DNA of 63,949 bases, filler included, from Candidatus Woesearchaeota archaeon (GTDB lineage Archaea > Nanobdellota > Nanobdellia > Woesearchaeales > WJIZ01): the NCBI GenBank assembly GCA_018221205.1. It is 8 parts of 8 records of this genome, joined end to end, with 100 filler letters (N's around TTAATTAATTAA, not from the genome) between each part and the next. Parts side by side here need not be neighbours in the genome. Positions count along the whole stretch, not along the records: positions 39,538 to 48,602 come from JAAOYF010000061.1; positions 48,703 to 54,637 come from JAAOYF010000062.1; 6 more parts are not named here. One strand, written 5' to 3'. The notes beneath the pieces are model-generated. The model was not told where the DNA came from, searched no databases, and saw nothing but the letters and a program-made list of their open reading frames with translations. Shown here one piece after another: positions 39,538 through 49,905 of this stretch; the stretch's first letter is position 1, and each line of letters opens with the position of its first letter. The position numbers were made by a program, and so were the translations under genes.

Positions 39538-39633
39538 GAAGATGATAATGTTTTGGGCATGGTGAAAAAAGGGACATTGATAGTCGATATCTGGAATACT
39601 CAGAAAAAGAACGAAGTATTCATCATCGCTTAG
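39538..39633 (+). CDS. C-terminal fragment, probably a nucleotide-sugar dehydrogenase
   Basis: Manual translation EDDNVLGMVKKGTLIVDIWNTQKKNEVFIIA-stop; the IVDIWN end and the context support it. Confidence 0.4.
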   Translation, partial: EDDNVLGMVKKGTLIVDIWNTQKKNEVFIIA

Positions 39634-41902
39634 CTTTCTTTCTCCACCATCTATATCCCAGATAGATCGCTATGAGCACAAGAGTGAGGCCAGTGATTAT
39701 ACTTCCCTGGACGAATTCGTTTGGCCGGTAGAAGAACCTGGCTTCTTTCGCATTTTCCAGAGGTACAACGGCACTGATGCCGTTTCCTCTCCAAGATTGT
39801 GTGTCCTTACCATCTATGACAGTATGCCAGCCCTCGAAAATAGGGAATGTGCTGCTATAGACGAGGAAACCATCATCACCATCCAGATCCACCCTCACTT
39901 CATTTTGAGTATACAGTGAGAGTGGTTTCTTCTCTACTTCTTCATATGTCTTTCTCGATGAACCAAGGAGAGCATCAATATCTTCTTGTGTTATCTGTGT
40001 TGAACCGCTGACAATATCTGGCAAGAGAGTCCCACCCCCTTCAACATATCTCTTTAGTATAGGATCACTCATTGAATCTAGGGCACCAGGCGTCAGGAGG
40101 ATGTAGTCAAATTTTTTCAGCATAACACTTTCGTATTGGGATACTGTTTTCCCCTCATCCATCACGATGACCATATTGGTGGGATTGAAGAGAGGAGAGA
40201 GCAGAATGGCATACATGGTATTTTTTGCATTATCTCCTATGATAAGTACACTCTTATTGACGACATATGCCCGAGGAAGGAACCTTTCGTTTTGATACAC
40301 ATACTTTCCACTCGCATGTTCCTCATAGCATGTCGGGCAGCCCTTCAAGGGGCCTGCCACCAGGTGGAAATCTGATATGTTCAAAGGAGTCAGCGAGGTG
40401 AGATATTTTACATTGAGCATCCCCCAGAAAGCAGCTGGAGACCTCAAGGCGATGGAGAGGTGTACGTTGAGGTATTCGGGTACCCATAGGCCGCCAAATC
40501 CACCATAGAGAGTCTCGATGCCTTCAAAACGACTCACACCGGTTATGGTATGATCTATCCCGTTCACTTCGTTCACTTTTATCCGGAAGATATCATTATC
40601 CTTGGCGATGAACTGCAGCGCTTCTGCATCATTGAATTGCTCATGGCAGTCCTTTAAAGGCTGAAAGTAGTAGCTCGTATAGAGTCTGAATACCATGAGA
40701 TCCATTATGAGCAAGAGGACAATCGCTGAAAATATTATGATCTGGGAATTCTTTTTCCATAGTCTTTTTGACTTATCGAGGAGAAGTTTCGCTCCGAATC
40801 CACTCAACGCTGCCCCTGCCAACACTGCGATGATGAACATCCTTGTGATATTCTTCTGCTTATCGAAGAATGGGAAGAATTTCCAGAGCGGATAGTAAAG
40901 AGGTATAGGACTGGTGATCAATAACGTCGCGATGAACACCATGAGGAAAAATATCACATTTTTATTCTTTATTCTCGGAAGAGAGAGCAGCATGAGCAGA
41001 AGCGCCACAATACCCAACATCGCATTGAACTCACCGGCCCGGCGATTGCCTTTGAAGATGTATTTGAAGACATCACTAAACGACATGAGCACATCTCCCC
41101 GGGAGCGCTCATAACTATACGGCTCTACCCTGTTGGTGAGCTTCATGAATTCCAGCGTGGGCAAGAGTTTTATTGCGATGAATCCGAAGGTCAATAGCCC
41201 GACCAGAACCCCGATGATGATCACTTTGAGGAAACGCTGCCGTATATTCTTACCAAATAATTTGTATATCAAGACATAGCCGAAAAGGAGAAGGCTATGG
41301 ATGAAAATCACCGTGCTTCCGGAGTGGAATATCATCGCAATGCTCAACGCGGTCAGCAGCGAGTATAGAACAAATCTTTTCTCTGTACATGCTTTAAGGG
41401 CAAACAACACTATCAGAGGGAGATAAGGGACACCGCTGCCTTCCACCAGATTGAAGTTCCATAGGACAGAAAAACCAGAATAGGCGTAGATCATCCCGGA
41501 TATGAATGCAGCATATCTATTACGCAGCAGGTGGTACGCCAGAAGATACATCCCAATCCCGGATAGGGCAAGGTTGAAGAGGAAGATTGCATTTGATGCA
41601 CCGCTAAAGCCGAAGGGGATCATGAACAAGAGAAAAGGAGGGTATAACACAGGTTTAGTACCCATCGCAAGAAAAGGGTTTCCACTCATCCGATAGTTGG
41701 TCCATAGGGGAATCTGACCGAATTTCATGAAAGATTCCCATATGGTATACGCTGCAGGAAGGTGGTCATTTCTTGAGTCACCTTCGACGAGACAATCACC
41801 TGTCATAAGATTGGGTGTTTCAGGAAACAGTCCACTGAAATAGATCAAAGGAATAAGTATAAACGCTGCAATAAACAGAAGATGGGAGTCTTTCCAATTC
41901 AT
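39623..41902 (-). CDS. YfhO-like polytopic membrane protein (GT-C glycosyltransferase)
   Basis: PLWTNYRMSGNPF, many TMs, MLNVKY, YQNERFLPRAY and GWH motifs. Confidence 0.8.
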   Translation of the reverse strand: MNWKDSHLLFIAAFILIPLIYFSGLFPETPNLMTGDCLVEGDSRNDHLPAAYTIWESFMKFGQIPLWTNYRMSGNPFLAMGTKPVLYPPFLLFMIPFGFSGASNAIFLFNLALSGIGMYLLAYHLLRNRYAAFISGMIYAYSGFSVLWNFNLVEGSGVPYLPLIVLFALKACTEKRFVLYSLLTALSIAMIFHSGSTVIFIHSLLLFGYVLIYKLFGKNIRQRFLKVIIIGVLVGLLTFGFIAIKLLPTLEFMKLTNRVEPYSYERSRGDVLMSFSDVFKYIFKGNRRAGEFNAMLGIVALLLMLLSLPRIKNKNVIFFLMVFIATLLITSPIPLYYPLWKFFPFFDKQKNITRMFIIAVLAGAALSGFGAKLLLDKSKRLWKKNSQIIIFSAIVLLLIMDLMVFRLYTSYYFQPLKDCHEQFNDAEALQFIAKDNDIFRIKVNEVNGIDHTITGVSRFEGIETLYGGFGGLWVPEYLNVHLSIALRSPAAFWGMLNVKYLTSLTPLNISDFHLVAGPLKGCPTCYEEHASGKYVYQNERFLPRAYVVNKSVLIIGDNAKNTMYAILLSPLFNPTNMVIVMDEGKTVSQYESVMLKKFDYILLTPGALDSMSDPILKRYVEGGGTLLPDIVSGSTQITQEDIDALLGSSRKTYEEVEKKPLSLYTQNEVRVDLDGDDGFLVYSSTFPIFEGWHTVIDGKDTQSWRGNGISAVVPLENAKEARFFYRPNEFVQGSIITGLTLVLIAIYLGYRWWRKKAKR

Positions 41903-44178
41903 TTCTTCCACTTCCAGATCAATAGCAGAACAAGCAGGACAATAGTGAGGAGAGTGATGGTGAGGCCTATACGGTAAGAGCCTGGAGAATATGAAAATGT
42001 CACTGAATCTTGGCCGTCGACATAAACTCCGGTTATGACACCGTCTGCGTTGAGCAGCTCTAAATCATTTTTTGAACTGTCTTTTACTCTCCATCCATCA
42101 AACAATGAGAATTTTTCACTGTATACCATAAAACCTTTCTGATCTTTTAACAAGATCTCTCGCTTGTCGAAACTATGCATGATGACATCAGCATCATCTA
42201 TCGGCTCAAAAGATCCGTTCAATGATTCAAAGAACGTATTCACTTCTTCCTGACCCATCGTATTCTGTCCTGCAAGGATATCGGGCATAAGAACGCCGCC
42301 CTGAGCCTTATATGCTTCTAGGATTGGTGGAGAATCGGAGCCTATGGTACCAGGTGTCAAGACGACAGCGGCATACCTAGCAAGCTCTTCACCTGAATAA
42401 TGGTCTATAGTCTGCCTGCCTTTTATCATCACTGCCTTCTTAGGATCGAATGAAGGCGAGAGCATCATCCCATATATTGTCTGCAGGACAGCGTCGTCAG
42501 AACCAATCACTAAAACAGCATCATCGACAATATATGCCCGCGGCAGAAATCGCTCGTTCTCGAACAGATAGGGCCCCCATGCCTTTGACCAGGGCTCTGT
42601 GTCTGGGAAACAATCTGCACAGTCAGGGAACTTTTTCTTGAAAGTGAAGCCCGTCATATTGACCTGCTGTTGGGAGGTCACATATTTCACATTGAGCATC
42701 CCCCAGAACTTCGCAGGGTCGCTGAACGATACACCCAAATAAGTATTCATGTATGGGGGGTACCACATGGTATCATACTGATAGATATGCTCCAACCGGA
42801 ACGGCACGTTCCAGAAATCCGTTCCCCAGTCTATACCTCGTGTCTCGAGTGTTTGGATACGGAATAGGCCACCCTTTTCACTCAATTCCTTGAGGATATG
42901 GTTGTCTTCTATTGCTTTATCTGCATCGGACCATTCTTCTCTGCCATAGGTGTATGGTGAAAATCCGAAGACTGCTAGATTGACCACAATGAGAATAACC
43001 ATACCGATATAGACGGGTCTCTTCGGCAGCTTAATCTTGTCATAGAGCGCCTTTGCTCCGAATCCTGCAAGAATGGACATGCAGAAAGAGAACAAGAATA
43101 GGCTCCTGTCCATATATCGAAGGCTTTTGAACAACGGCAGGATGTTCCAGAAGATACGATAAAGAGAGAAGGTATTTGAGGTTATCATAAGAGAGAAGAG
43201 CGCTCCGAGCGTGAAGAACAGGACTCTCTTATCTCTTATCCGGTAGAATATTGCAGCCAACGCGAAAATGAAAGCGATAATGCCTAGATGGTCACCTGTA
43301 CCTACCCTTCTCACTTGAGGCATCCCTTCATATACCGGTTCGACAAGGCGGTTCCACATACTGGTGTATTGAAGCTGTCTTGTCGAGGAAAGTTCCCAAG
43401 GAGTGTCTCCCCTGCTCGAGTCCTTGATAAAGTCGATGTTCGGCAGGATGCGATGAGCAGACAAGCCGAAAAAAACCAGGAACATAAGTGCTGCGACGAT
43501 GACAGTCTTTTTCAAAAGCTGTTTTGAAGGGGAGGTGATGAGATTGTAGACCATATAGAGCCCAAAGAGCAGGGCAAACCAATAAGGGACTTTCATATCT
43601 GTGCTGAATCTGAGGAATATCGCAAGAATCACCCCAGTTATCATCCCATTTTTTATCCATCCCTTCTCTTTCAGCGTCTTCATGCCGAACAGGAAGGCAA
43701 GGGGAAGAATCGCATAGCCTCCTACGGTCGTCATCCAGCCCCACGTCATTATCTTTGACATATGGCCATTGAGCATATAGACGAGGGCAGCGATAAGCGC
43801 GAATCTTTTATCTACCTTAAGATAGACCATAAATGAAAACATGGATATGCCGGCAAGAAGGAAATAGAGGACAAAAGTCCATTTGACCGCAAAGACAGTC
43901 GGCATGAGGAAGAGCAGAATCCCAAGGAAACTATCAGGACCAGGTACAGGCTTCATGAGAAAAGGAGAGCCACTGAATCCAAAAGGATACCACAAGGGCC
44001 ACCAGTCACCATGTTCTTGTATAGATATTCTCAAGGCTTCAGCACGGGGAAAATGCACTGCCGCAAGGTCATGCGCAGGAACCTCTGCATTGAAGAAGTA
44101 GAACAGGTGCACAACAGTCACAATAATCAATACCAGCAGATACGGCCAATATTCCTTTATCTTGTCTTTTACACCCAT
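41899..44178 (-). CDS. YfhO-like polytopic membrane protein, paralogue
   Basis: PLWYPFGFSGSPF, FWGMLNVKY and ENERFLPRAY motifs. Confidence 0.8.
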   Translation of the reverse strand: MGVKDKIKEYWPYLLVLIIVTVVHLFYFFNAEVPAHDLAAVHFPRAEALRISIQEHGDWWPLWYPFGFSGSPFLMKPVPGPDSFLGILLFLMPTVFAVKWTFVLYFLLAGISMFSFMVYLKVDKRFALIAALVYMLNGHMSKIMTWGWMTTVGGYAILPLAFLFGMKTLKEKGWIKNGMITGVILAIFLRFSTDMKVPYWFALLFGLYMVYNLITSPSKQLLKKTVIVAALMFLVFFGLSAHRILPNIDFIKDSSRGDTPWELSSTRQLQYTSMWNRLVEPVYEGMPQVRRVGTGDHLGIIAFIFALAAIFYRIRDKRVLFFTLGALFSLMITSNTFSLYRIFWNILPLFKSLRYMDRSLFLFSFCMSILAGFGAKALYDKIKLPKRPVYIGMVILIVVNLAVFGFSPYTYGREEWSDADKAIEDNHILKELSEKGGLFRIQTLETRGIDWGTDFWNVPFRLEHIYQYDTMWYPPYMNTYLGVSFSDPAKFWGMLNVKYVTSQQQVNMTGFTFKKKFPDCADCFPDTEPWSKAWGPYLFENERFLPRAYIVDDAVLVIGSDDAVLQTIYGMMLSPSFDPKKAVMIKGRQTIDHYSGEELARYAAVVLTPGTIGSDSPPILEAYKAQGGVLMPDILAGQNTMGQEEVNTFFESLNGSFEPIDDADVIMHSFDKREILLKDQKGFMVYSEKFSLFDGWRVKDSSKNDLELLNADGVITGVYVDGQDSVTFSYSPGSYRIGLTITLLTIVLLVLLLIWKWKK

Positions 44179-44272
44179 CCCCGTCTTCGATAAAAAGGAG
44201 GTCTTATAAAATTTTTGTTTATCAAATAATGCATACAAAAACTATATAAATCTCTTAAAAACCATTTTCTCG

Positions 44273-45250
44273 ATGGGGAAAGTACTCTTAGTTGGAGGGG
44301 CCGGTTTTATCGGCGTCTATTTAGCAAAGGAACTGCTCAACGCAGGAGATGAAGTTGTCATCTATGATGCTTATCTGAACTATATCGATCCGGCAAAGAG
44401 CAACTATGATACATTTTTACATCTTCGGTTGGAGGATATCCGAGATAAAGTCAAGATCATCAGAGGAGACATCAGGAACAAAGCGAGATTCTTTACTGTA
44501 CTCAAAGAGGAAAAGCCAGAGAGTGTCGTCCTTTTGGCAGCACTTCCTATCGCTTCCGCGTCAAATACATATTCAGAGGATGCAATGGATATCAACCTTC
44601 ATGGTACCGTCCAGATACTGGAGTCGTTGAGGCAGGTCGATGGCATCAAGCGATTCCTCTACACTTCCTCAAGCATGACCTATGGAAATTTCGAGTATGC
44701 GCCGGCCGATGAGAAGCACCCCACCAATCCGATGGGAGTGTACGGCGGAACAAAGCTCGCGGGAGAGATCCTGACAAGGGTCTACAGCAAGCAATTTGGC
44801 ATCGATTATACCATCATCAGGCCATCTGCAGTGTATGGCCCAACAGATGCGAATAGAAGGGTTTCACAGATTTTTGTCGAGAATGCCATCAAGGGCAAGC
44901 CGCTTGTCCTGCATGATGGAGGGTCCTCTAAACTTGACTTCAGCTATATTGAGGACGTGGCAAAGGGTTTTTTCCTTGCTTTGAAATCTCCCAAAGCAAT
45001 CAATCAGACATTCAATATCACGAAGGGGGAGGGTAGGAGCCTCAAGGAACTGGCAGAAATCATCAAGGAACTTGTACCGAATACCCAAATCATCTCTAAA
45101 CCTCGGACAAAAGCAGAAAAGAGCCCTGAGAGGGGAGCTTTAGATATCTCAAAAGCCAAAAAATTGCTCGGTTATGCTCCTAAGTATTCCCTTGAAGAGG
45201 GCATGAAAAAATATGTGGAATATGTCAAATCATCTGGTGTTCTGAAATGA
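44273..45250 (+). CDS. NAD-dependent epimerase/dehydratase
   Basis: GGAGFIG, SSS and YGGTK motifs. Confidence 0.92.
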   Translation: MGKVLLVGGAGFIGVYLAKELLNAGDEVVIYDAYLNYIDPAKSNYDTFLHLRLEDIRDKVKIIRGDIRNKARFFTVLKEEKPESVVLLAALPIASASNTYSEDAMDINLHGTVQILESLRQVDGIKRFLYTSSSMTYGNFEYAPADEKHPTNPMGVYGGTKLAGEILTRVYSKQFGIDYTIIRPSAVYGPTDANRRVSQIFVENAIKGKPLVLHDGGSSKLDFSYIEDVAKGFFLALKSPKAINQTFNITKGEGRSLKELAEIIKELVPNTQIISKPRTKAEKSPERGALDISKAKKLLGYAPKYSLEEGMKKYVEYVKSSGVLK

Positions 45251-46365
45251 AAATCCCGCTCTGTAAAGCGAGCATAGGGAAAGAAGAAAAAGCACTTGTT
45301 CTGGAGGTTCTTGAATCGGGATGGCTGGCACACGGCCCAAAAGGGAAGGAGTTCCAAGATCTTTTCTCGAAATACGTCGGTGTGAAGCATGCCTTAGCAC
45401 TCAATTCCTGTACTTCAGCTTTGCAGGTAGCCCTTCAAGCAAAAGGAATCACTGGCGAAGTCATAGTACCAAGTTTCACTTTTGTCGCTTCGGCAAACGC
45501 AGTTGTCACTGCAGGCGCCAAGCCTGTCTTTGCAGATATTGATTATGAAACTGGAAATATCGATCCAGCGAGCATAAAAAAATACATCACACCAAAGACA
45601 CAGGCCATCATGCCCGTGCATTATGCAGGTCTGCCCTGTAAGATGGATGAGATTATGGAGATCGCAGAGGAGCATAGCCTTCTTGTTGTCGAAGATTCTG
45701 CAGAATGTCTTGGCGGAGAGTTCCAGAAGAAAAGAACGGGTAGTTTTGGAGTGGGATGCTTCTCTTTCTATCCGACGAAAAATATCACCACAGGGGAAGG
45801 AGGTATGCTCACTACCAATGATGAAGATATTGTCAGGCAAGTCGAGATGCTCAGAGCACACGGAATACCTTCTTCAACATTCGCACGAGAGAAACTGAAA
45901 ATGCCATGGCAGCGCGCAGCTGAAGTGGCAGGATATAATTTTAGATTGTCTGATGTCTTAGCAGCTTTAGGAGTCGTACAGATGAAGAAGATCGACTCAT
46001 TGAATGAGAAGAGAAGAGAGCATGCAGCCTATCTGACGAAATCATTTTCATCACTTTCCGGAATAGAAACGCCTGTTGAACCTTCTGGCACAAAGCATGT
46101 CTATCAGATGTATGTCGTGAAGCTTGAAGGGGATAGGGATAAATTCATCTCTTATCTGCGGGAAAAGGGCATCGGAACAAGTGTCCATTTTGATCCACCG
46201 GTGCATATGCAGCCATATTATAAAGAATTTGCCAAGCCCGGAAGCCTTCCTCTGACAGAAAAGATTACACAGTCGATCGTCACTTTGCCTATGTTCCCTG
46301 ATCTGACGCAAGAGGAACTTGATTATATGATTGAGCATGTCGAACAGGCTTTGAAGGTATCATGA
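45247..46365 (+). CDS. DegT/DnrJ/EryC1/StrS sugar aminotransferase
   Basis: NSCTSAL, VEDSAE and SFYPTKNITTGEGG motifs. Confidence 0.95.
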   Translation: MKIPLCKASIGKEEKALVLEVLESGWLAHGPKGKEFQDLFSKYVGVKHALALNSCTSALQVALQAKGITGEVIVPSFTFVASANAVVTAGAKPVFADIDYETGNIDPASIKKYITPKTQAIMPVHYAGLPCKMDEIMEIAEEHSLLVVEDSAECLGGEFQKKRTGSFGVGCFSFYPTKNITTGEGGMLTTNDEDIVRQVEMLRAHGIPSSTFAREKLKMPWQRAAEVAGYNFRLSDVLAALGVVQMKKIDSLNEKRREHAAYLTKSFSSLSGIETPVEPSGTKHVYQMYVVKLEGDRDKFISYLREKGIGTSVHFDPPVHMQPYYKEFAKPGSLPLTEKITQSIVTLPMFPDLTQEELDYMIEHVEQALKVS

Positions 46366-46709
46366 ATCTGACCAATATCATTTCTATCATCCCTCAGGAT
46401 GAACAACAGGAGAAGCGCGTCCGTAATCTGAGAAGCGCTTCCCGGATATACACCCGGAAAAAAGGAACAGAAGTCCAAGGAGTGGTCTTCGTGAACCGGC
46501 TTTTCTTCTTCTTGCCCAATATAACCTGGATCACCTCTCCGAAACATAGGAAAAAGGGTGTGGCTACCGCTTTGATCGAGGAGGCGAAGAAAGATTTTTT
46601 TATTCTTACAGCAAAGACAAAGAATGACGCATCGCACCATCTCGCAAAGAAATCAGGATTCAAAGAACTCTTTTCTCACCATTGGATATGGTTCCGTCAT
46701 CTGAAATAA
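46362..46709 (+). CDS. GNAT acetyltransferase
   Basis: HRKKGVATALI and NDASHHLAKKSGF motifs. Confidence 0.75.
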   Translation: MNLTNIISIIPQDEQQEKRVRNLRSASRIYTRKKGTEVQGVVFVNRLFFFLPNITWITSPKHRKKGVATALIEEAKKDFFILTAKTKNDASHHLAKKSGFKELFSHHWIWFRHLK

Positions 46710-47398
46710 CCGAATTTAAAACGAAGCCAGGCAAAGATGATCTCTGGACCGCCGCGGATATATTTCGGCAAGGCCTTGTATTTTGATTTTCCTGTCTTGC
46801 GGCCTTTATGTTCGACAATCACTTCACCAATCCTTTTTGCACCCCTTTGCATCACAATGGGCACGATATAGCGATGATCGTTTCCTCTCAGGCTGAGATT
46901 TTTCACATACTTTGATTTCACTGCCATATAATTCGATGCTGCATCCAAGACAGGAGAGTCAAAAAATATGAGCATAAGGAGGTTATAGATCCGAGATGCG
47001 AGCCTTATCCAGAACGGATGCTTCCTATGCTCACGGATACCATTCACTATATCATATCCTTCTTTCATCTTATCGAGGAAAAGCGGGATGTCTTCGGGCA
47101 TCACCTGGAGATCGCCGTCCAGCGTCACTATGATAGGGCCTTTGGCATTTCTGAAGGCAGTCTTGAAGCAGCCAGCTTGACCTCCTCTGGTCTTATGGCG
47201 GATACTCTTGAGCAGGGGATATGCCTTCACCAGCTTCTTGATAATCATAGACGTGCTATCAGAGCTTACATCATCGATGAGGAGAAATTCCCAATCGTTC
47301 TTCGCATATCTTTTCATCACTTTATCCACTCTTGATACCAACTCAGAAAGAACAGCTTCTTCATTATGGATCGGAGAGATGATAGAGTACTTTATCAT
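46697..47398 (-). CDS. GT2 polyprenol-phosphate glycosyltransferase (DPM/ArnC-like)
   Basis: PIHNEE, DDVSSD, DGDLQ, HRY and GKSKY motifs. Confidence 0.9.
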   Translation of the reverse strand: MIKYSIISPIHNEEAVLSELVSRVDKVMKRYAKNDWEFLLIDDVSSDSTSMIIKKLVKAYPLLKSIRHKTRGGQAGCFKTAFRNAKGPIIVTLDGDLQVMPEDIPLFLDKMKEGYDIVNGIREHRKHPFWIRLASRIYNLLMLIFFDSPVLDAASNYMAVKSKYVKNLSLRGNDHRYIVPIVMQRGAKRIGEVIVEHKGRKTGKSKYKALPKYIRGGPEIIFAWLRFKFGYFR

Positions 47399-47429
47399 TG
47401 CAGTTCTTGTTGTCAGACGGTTTATATAA

Positions 47430-48383
47430 TTATTGCTTCCAGAAAAACCGCTTAGCGAAGCCATAAAGCCCGAGCCACGTAAAAAAGACAATCTGCAGAA
47501 GATGGAGGACAAAACCAGCACTTATCGCAGGGACCTTTCCAATGCCGACGATGATCAACGCAATGGCCCAGATCCCTTCAGCTGTGCCGATGTTTGCAAA
47601 CGCCTGTATGGGTATAAGGAAGCTGATATTCACCAAGGAGCCGGCGACGAGAATCTTCCAGATAGATATTGTCGTAAGGCTCGATATCACCGTATAGAAG
47701 AACGCAAATGAGATCAGCCAGATAAGGAAAGAATGCAAAAATATCTTAAGATGCATTGATCTAGGGATAGATAAGGTCATCTCTTTCCTGAACTTTTTCA
47801 ACTGCTCTATCCATCTTAGTTTTACTAAACCGATTTTCTTGAGATGCAGAAGAAATCGGTTAGCAAGATAGAGCACTGCACGTCTTTTTATGATAATAAT
47901 AATGAGGCTTATACTGATCACCACCAATAACACTCCGGCAATCATCATATATCTGAAGATGAGCTGGTCGATACCTGTCACGAATATGAGAGAGACGACA
48001 AGAAAGAGCACCATGGTGATGCCATCATAGAAACGTGCCAGAAACAACGTTATGGTCGCCTGACCAGTGTTCTTTTCTTTTCCCATGAAGTAGATATAGC
48101 TGAGCTCTCCAAGCCTTACTGGAAGAAGCTGGTTGAAGAAGTTATGGATGCACGTAATTGAAAACATCTTGCTCAGAGAAAATTGGTCTTTGAACATCAC
48201 TTTGAATCTCCATGCCCTGAAGACATATGTCAAGAAGTAGAGCAAGAAAGCGATGAGCAGTGTCAATATGCTTATTTTCCCTAATGCATCAAGGATATCC
48301 TGAAGGGAGATGATCCTGAAAAGAATGATGAGCAATACAGCAGAAAAAACAATGCCGAAGACAATCTTAAGAATCTTTTTCAT
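47430..48383 (-). CDS. UPF0104/lysylphosphatidylglycerol synthase TM-like flippase
   Basis: RAWRF, NQLLPVRLGE and IGTAE motifs; about 8 TM. Confidence 0.85.
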   Translation of the reverse strand: MKKILKIVFGIVFSAVLLIILFRIISLQDILDALGKISILTLLIAFLLYFLTYVFRAWRFKVMFKDQFSLSKMFSITCIHNFFNQLLPVRLGELSYIYFMGKEKNTGQATITLFLARFYDGITMVLFLVVSLIFVTGIDQLIFRYMMIAGVLLVVISISLIIIIIKRRAVLYLANRFLLHLKKIGLVKLRWIEQLKKFRKEMTLSIPRSMHLKIFLHSFLIWLISFAFFYTVISSLTTISIWKILVAGSLVNISFLIPIQAFANIGTAEGIWAIALIIVGIGKVPAISAGFVLHLLQIVFFTWLGLYGFAKRFFWKQ

Positions 48384-48392
48384 TATGTGAGA

Positions 48393-48602
48393 TTATCCAG
48401 GAGCGTATTTAAATTCACCGATTATTTTTGTTGTGGAATGTCCCTCTACCAGTTTTACGATATGGATCTTTCCTCCGTATTTCTTAACTATCGGAGCTTC
48501 TATACAATCTTCTCCATATTCAGAGCCATTGACATGCACATTCGGTTTGATCTCTTCAAGCAGCTTCAACGGGGTTTTTTCATCGAATATTACTACATAA
48601 TC
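48393..48602 (-). CDS. C-terminal part of an RfaE/HldE-domain-II-like adenylyltransferase
   Basis: Manual translation DYVVIFDEKTPLKLLEEIKPNVHVNGSEYG...VEGHSTTKII. Confidence 0.8.
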   Translation of the reverse strand, partial: DYVVIFDEKTPLKLLEEIKPNVHVNGSEYGEDCIEAPIVKKYGGKIHIVKLVEGHSTTKIIGEFKYAPG

Positions 48603-48861
48603 NNNNNNNNNNNNNNNNNNNNNNNNNNNNNNNNNNNNNNNNNNNNTTAATTAATTAANNNNNNNNNNNNNNNNNNNNNNNNNNNNNNNNNNNNNNNNNN
48701 NNCAAAATTTAGCAATATGATAAGTTTATTATATAAAACTTTATAAAGGGGAATCACTCATCTTATTTAAAGCTTTGGGTCTCTTTACGCATAGTCACTG
48801 GACATTTTTTCCTTCTGTAGGGTATATAAAGCAGCTTTCTAAGGGAAGATATGGTGATATC

Positions 48862-48984
48862 ATGGATAAGATTGAGGCTGAGGAATTGGTGAATGTGTTG
48901 AAGAAATTGACAAAATTGGAGAAGCAGCTGCTCGAGGAAGATCCTGAGCGGAGATATGAGCTTCTCGAGAAGGCTCTTTCTTAA
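48862..48984 (+). CDS. Small helical protein, 40 aa
   Basis: GGTGA SD, TATA box upstream, T-rich end. Confidence 0.5.
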   Translation: MDKIEAEELVNVLKKLTKLEKQLLEEDPERRYELLEKALS

Positions 48985-49061
48985 TTTTAACTAATCGATA
49001 GATTTATATATCAGTATACACTTTCGTATACTTTAATTATTATCGTCAGGGTGATAGAGAA

Positions 49062-49859
49062 ATGAGAAAGATCTGTGTTATCAACCAAAAAGGTGGAGTA
49101 GGAAAGACAACAACGAGTGTAAACTTAGCAGCTGGGCTGAGCAGGAACGACAGAAAAGTTCTTCTGATTGATATGGACCCTCAGGGTAATATCGGTGCGA
49201 GCTTACATTTTGAGGGCAGGAAAGATATCTATGATCTGTTGATCGGCAATGCTAAGATCCAGGAATGTATCACTCCTCTGGGCAAGAATCTTGACCTCAT
49301 CTCAAGCAAAGAAACGCTGACTAAAGCAGATGCTCTTCTTTCAAGAAAAGAGAACAGCCAATTCTTATTGAGCGAGAAGCTCAAGAAGATAAAGAACTAT
49401 GATTATATCATCATCGATGCTTCTCCATCATTGAGCATTTTAAACCAGAATGCATTGATCTATTGTGACGAGGCATTCATCCCTGTTCCGACAGATTATC
49501 TAGGATTTGATGCGTTGAAGAAGATGATCAAAGCCGTCTTAACGATCAACCATGTCTTTGAGACTGACACTAAGATAACTAAAATCATCCCTACGATGTA
49601 TGATAAACGAAACAAGATCTGCAAGGAGTTTCTGCAGAAGATGAGGAATGAGTTCTATGATATCTTAGCAGAGCCTATCAGGGTTAATTCAAAATTGAAG
49701 GAAGCGCCAAAATATGGGCAGTCGATCTTCCATTATGACGGAAAATCAAGAGGGGCCCATGACTATATGCAACTTGTCAAAAGTGTCTTCAACGACGAGA
49801 AGCAGCCTGTCGAACTGGCTCCGATCGAGGCCACTCCTAAAGTAGCGAGTGCTTCTTAA
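49062..49859 (+). CDS. ParA/Soj family ATPase
   Basis: NQKGGVGKTT, DMDPQGN and EAP motifs. Confidence 0.95.
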   Translation: MRKICVINQKGGVGKTTTSVNLAAGLSRNDRKVLLIDMDPQGNIGASLHFEGRKDIYDLLIGNAKIQECITPLGKNLDLISSKETLTKADALLSRKENSQFLLSEKLKKIKNYDYIIIDASPSLSILNQNALIYCDEAFIPVPTDYLGFDALKKMIKAVLTINHVFETDTKITKIIPTMYDKRNKICKEFLQKMRNEFYDILAEPIRVNSKLKEAPKYGQSIFHYDGKSRGAHDYMQLVKSVFNDEKQPVELAPIEATPKVASAS

Positions 49860-49905
49860 TTTTTTTCTCATAACATTTTTATACTAGGCAGAAGGTCTAG
49901 GCATT

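Noticed and set aside
48387..48650. Plus-strand 87-aa ORF
   Set aside because: The real gene is the RfaE-like frame on the minus strand.
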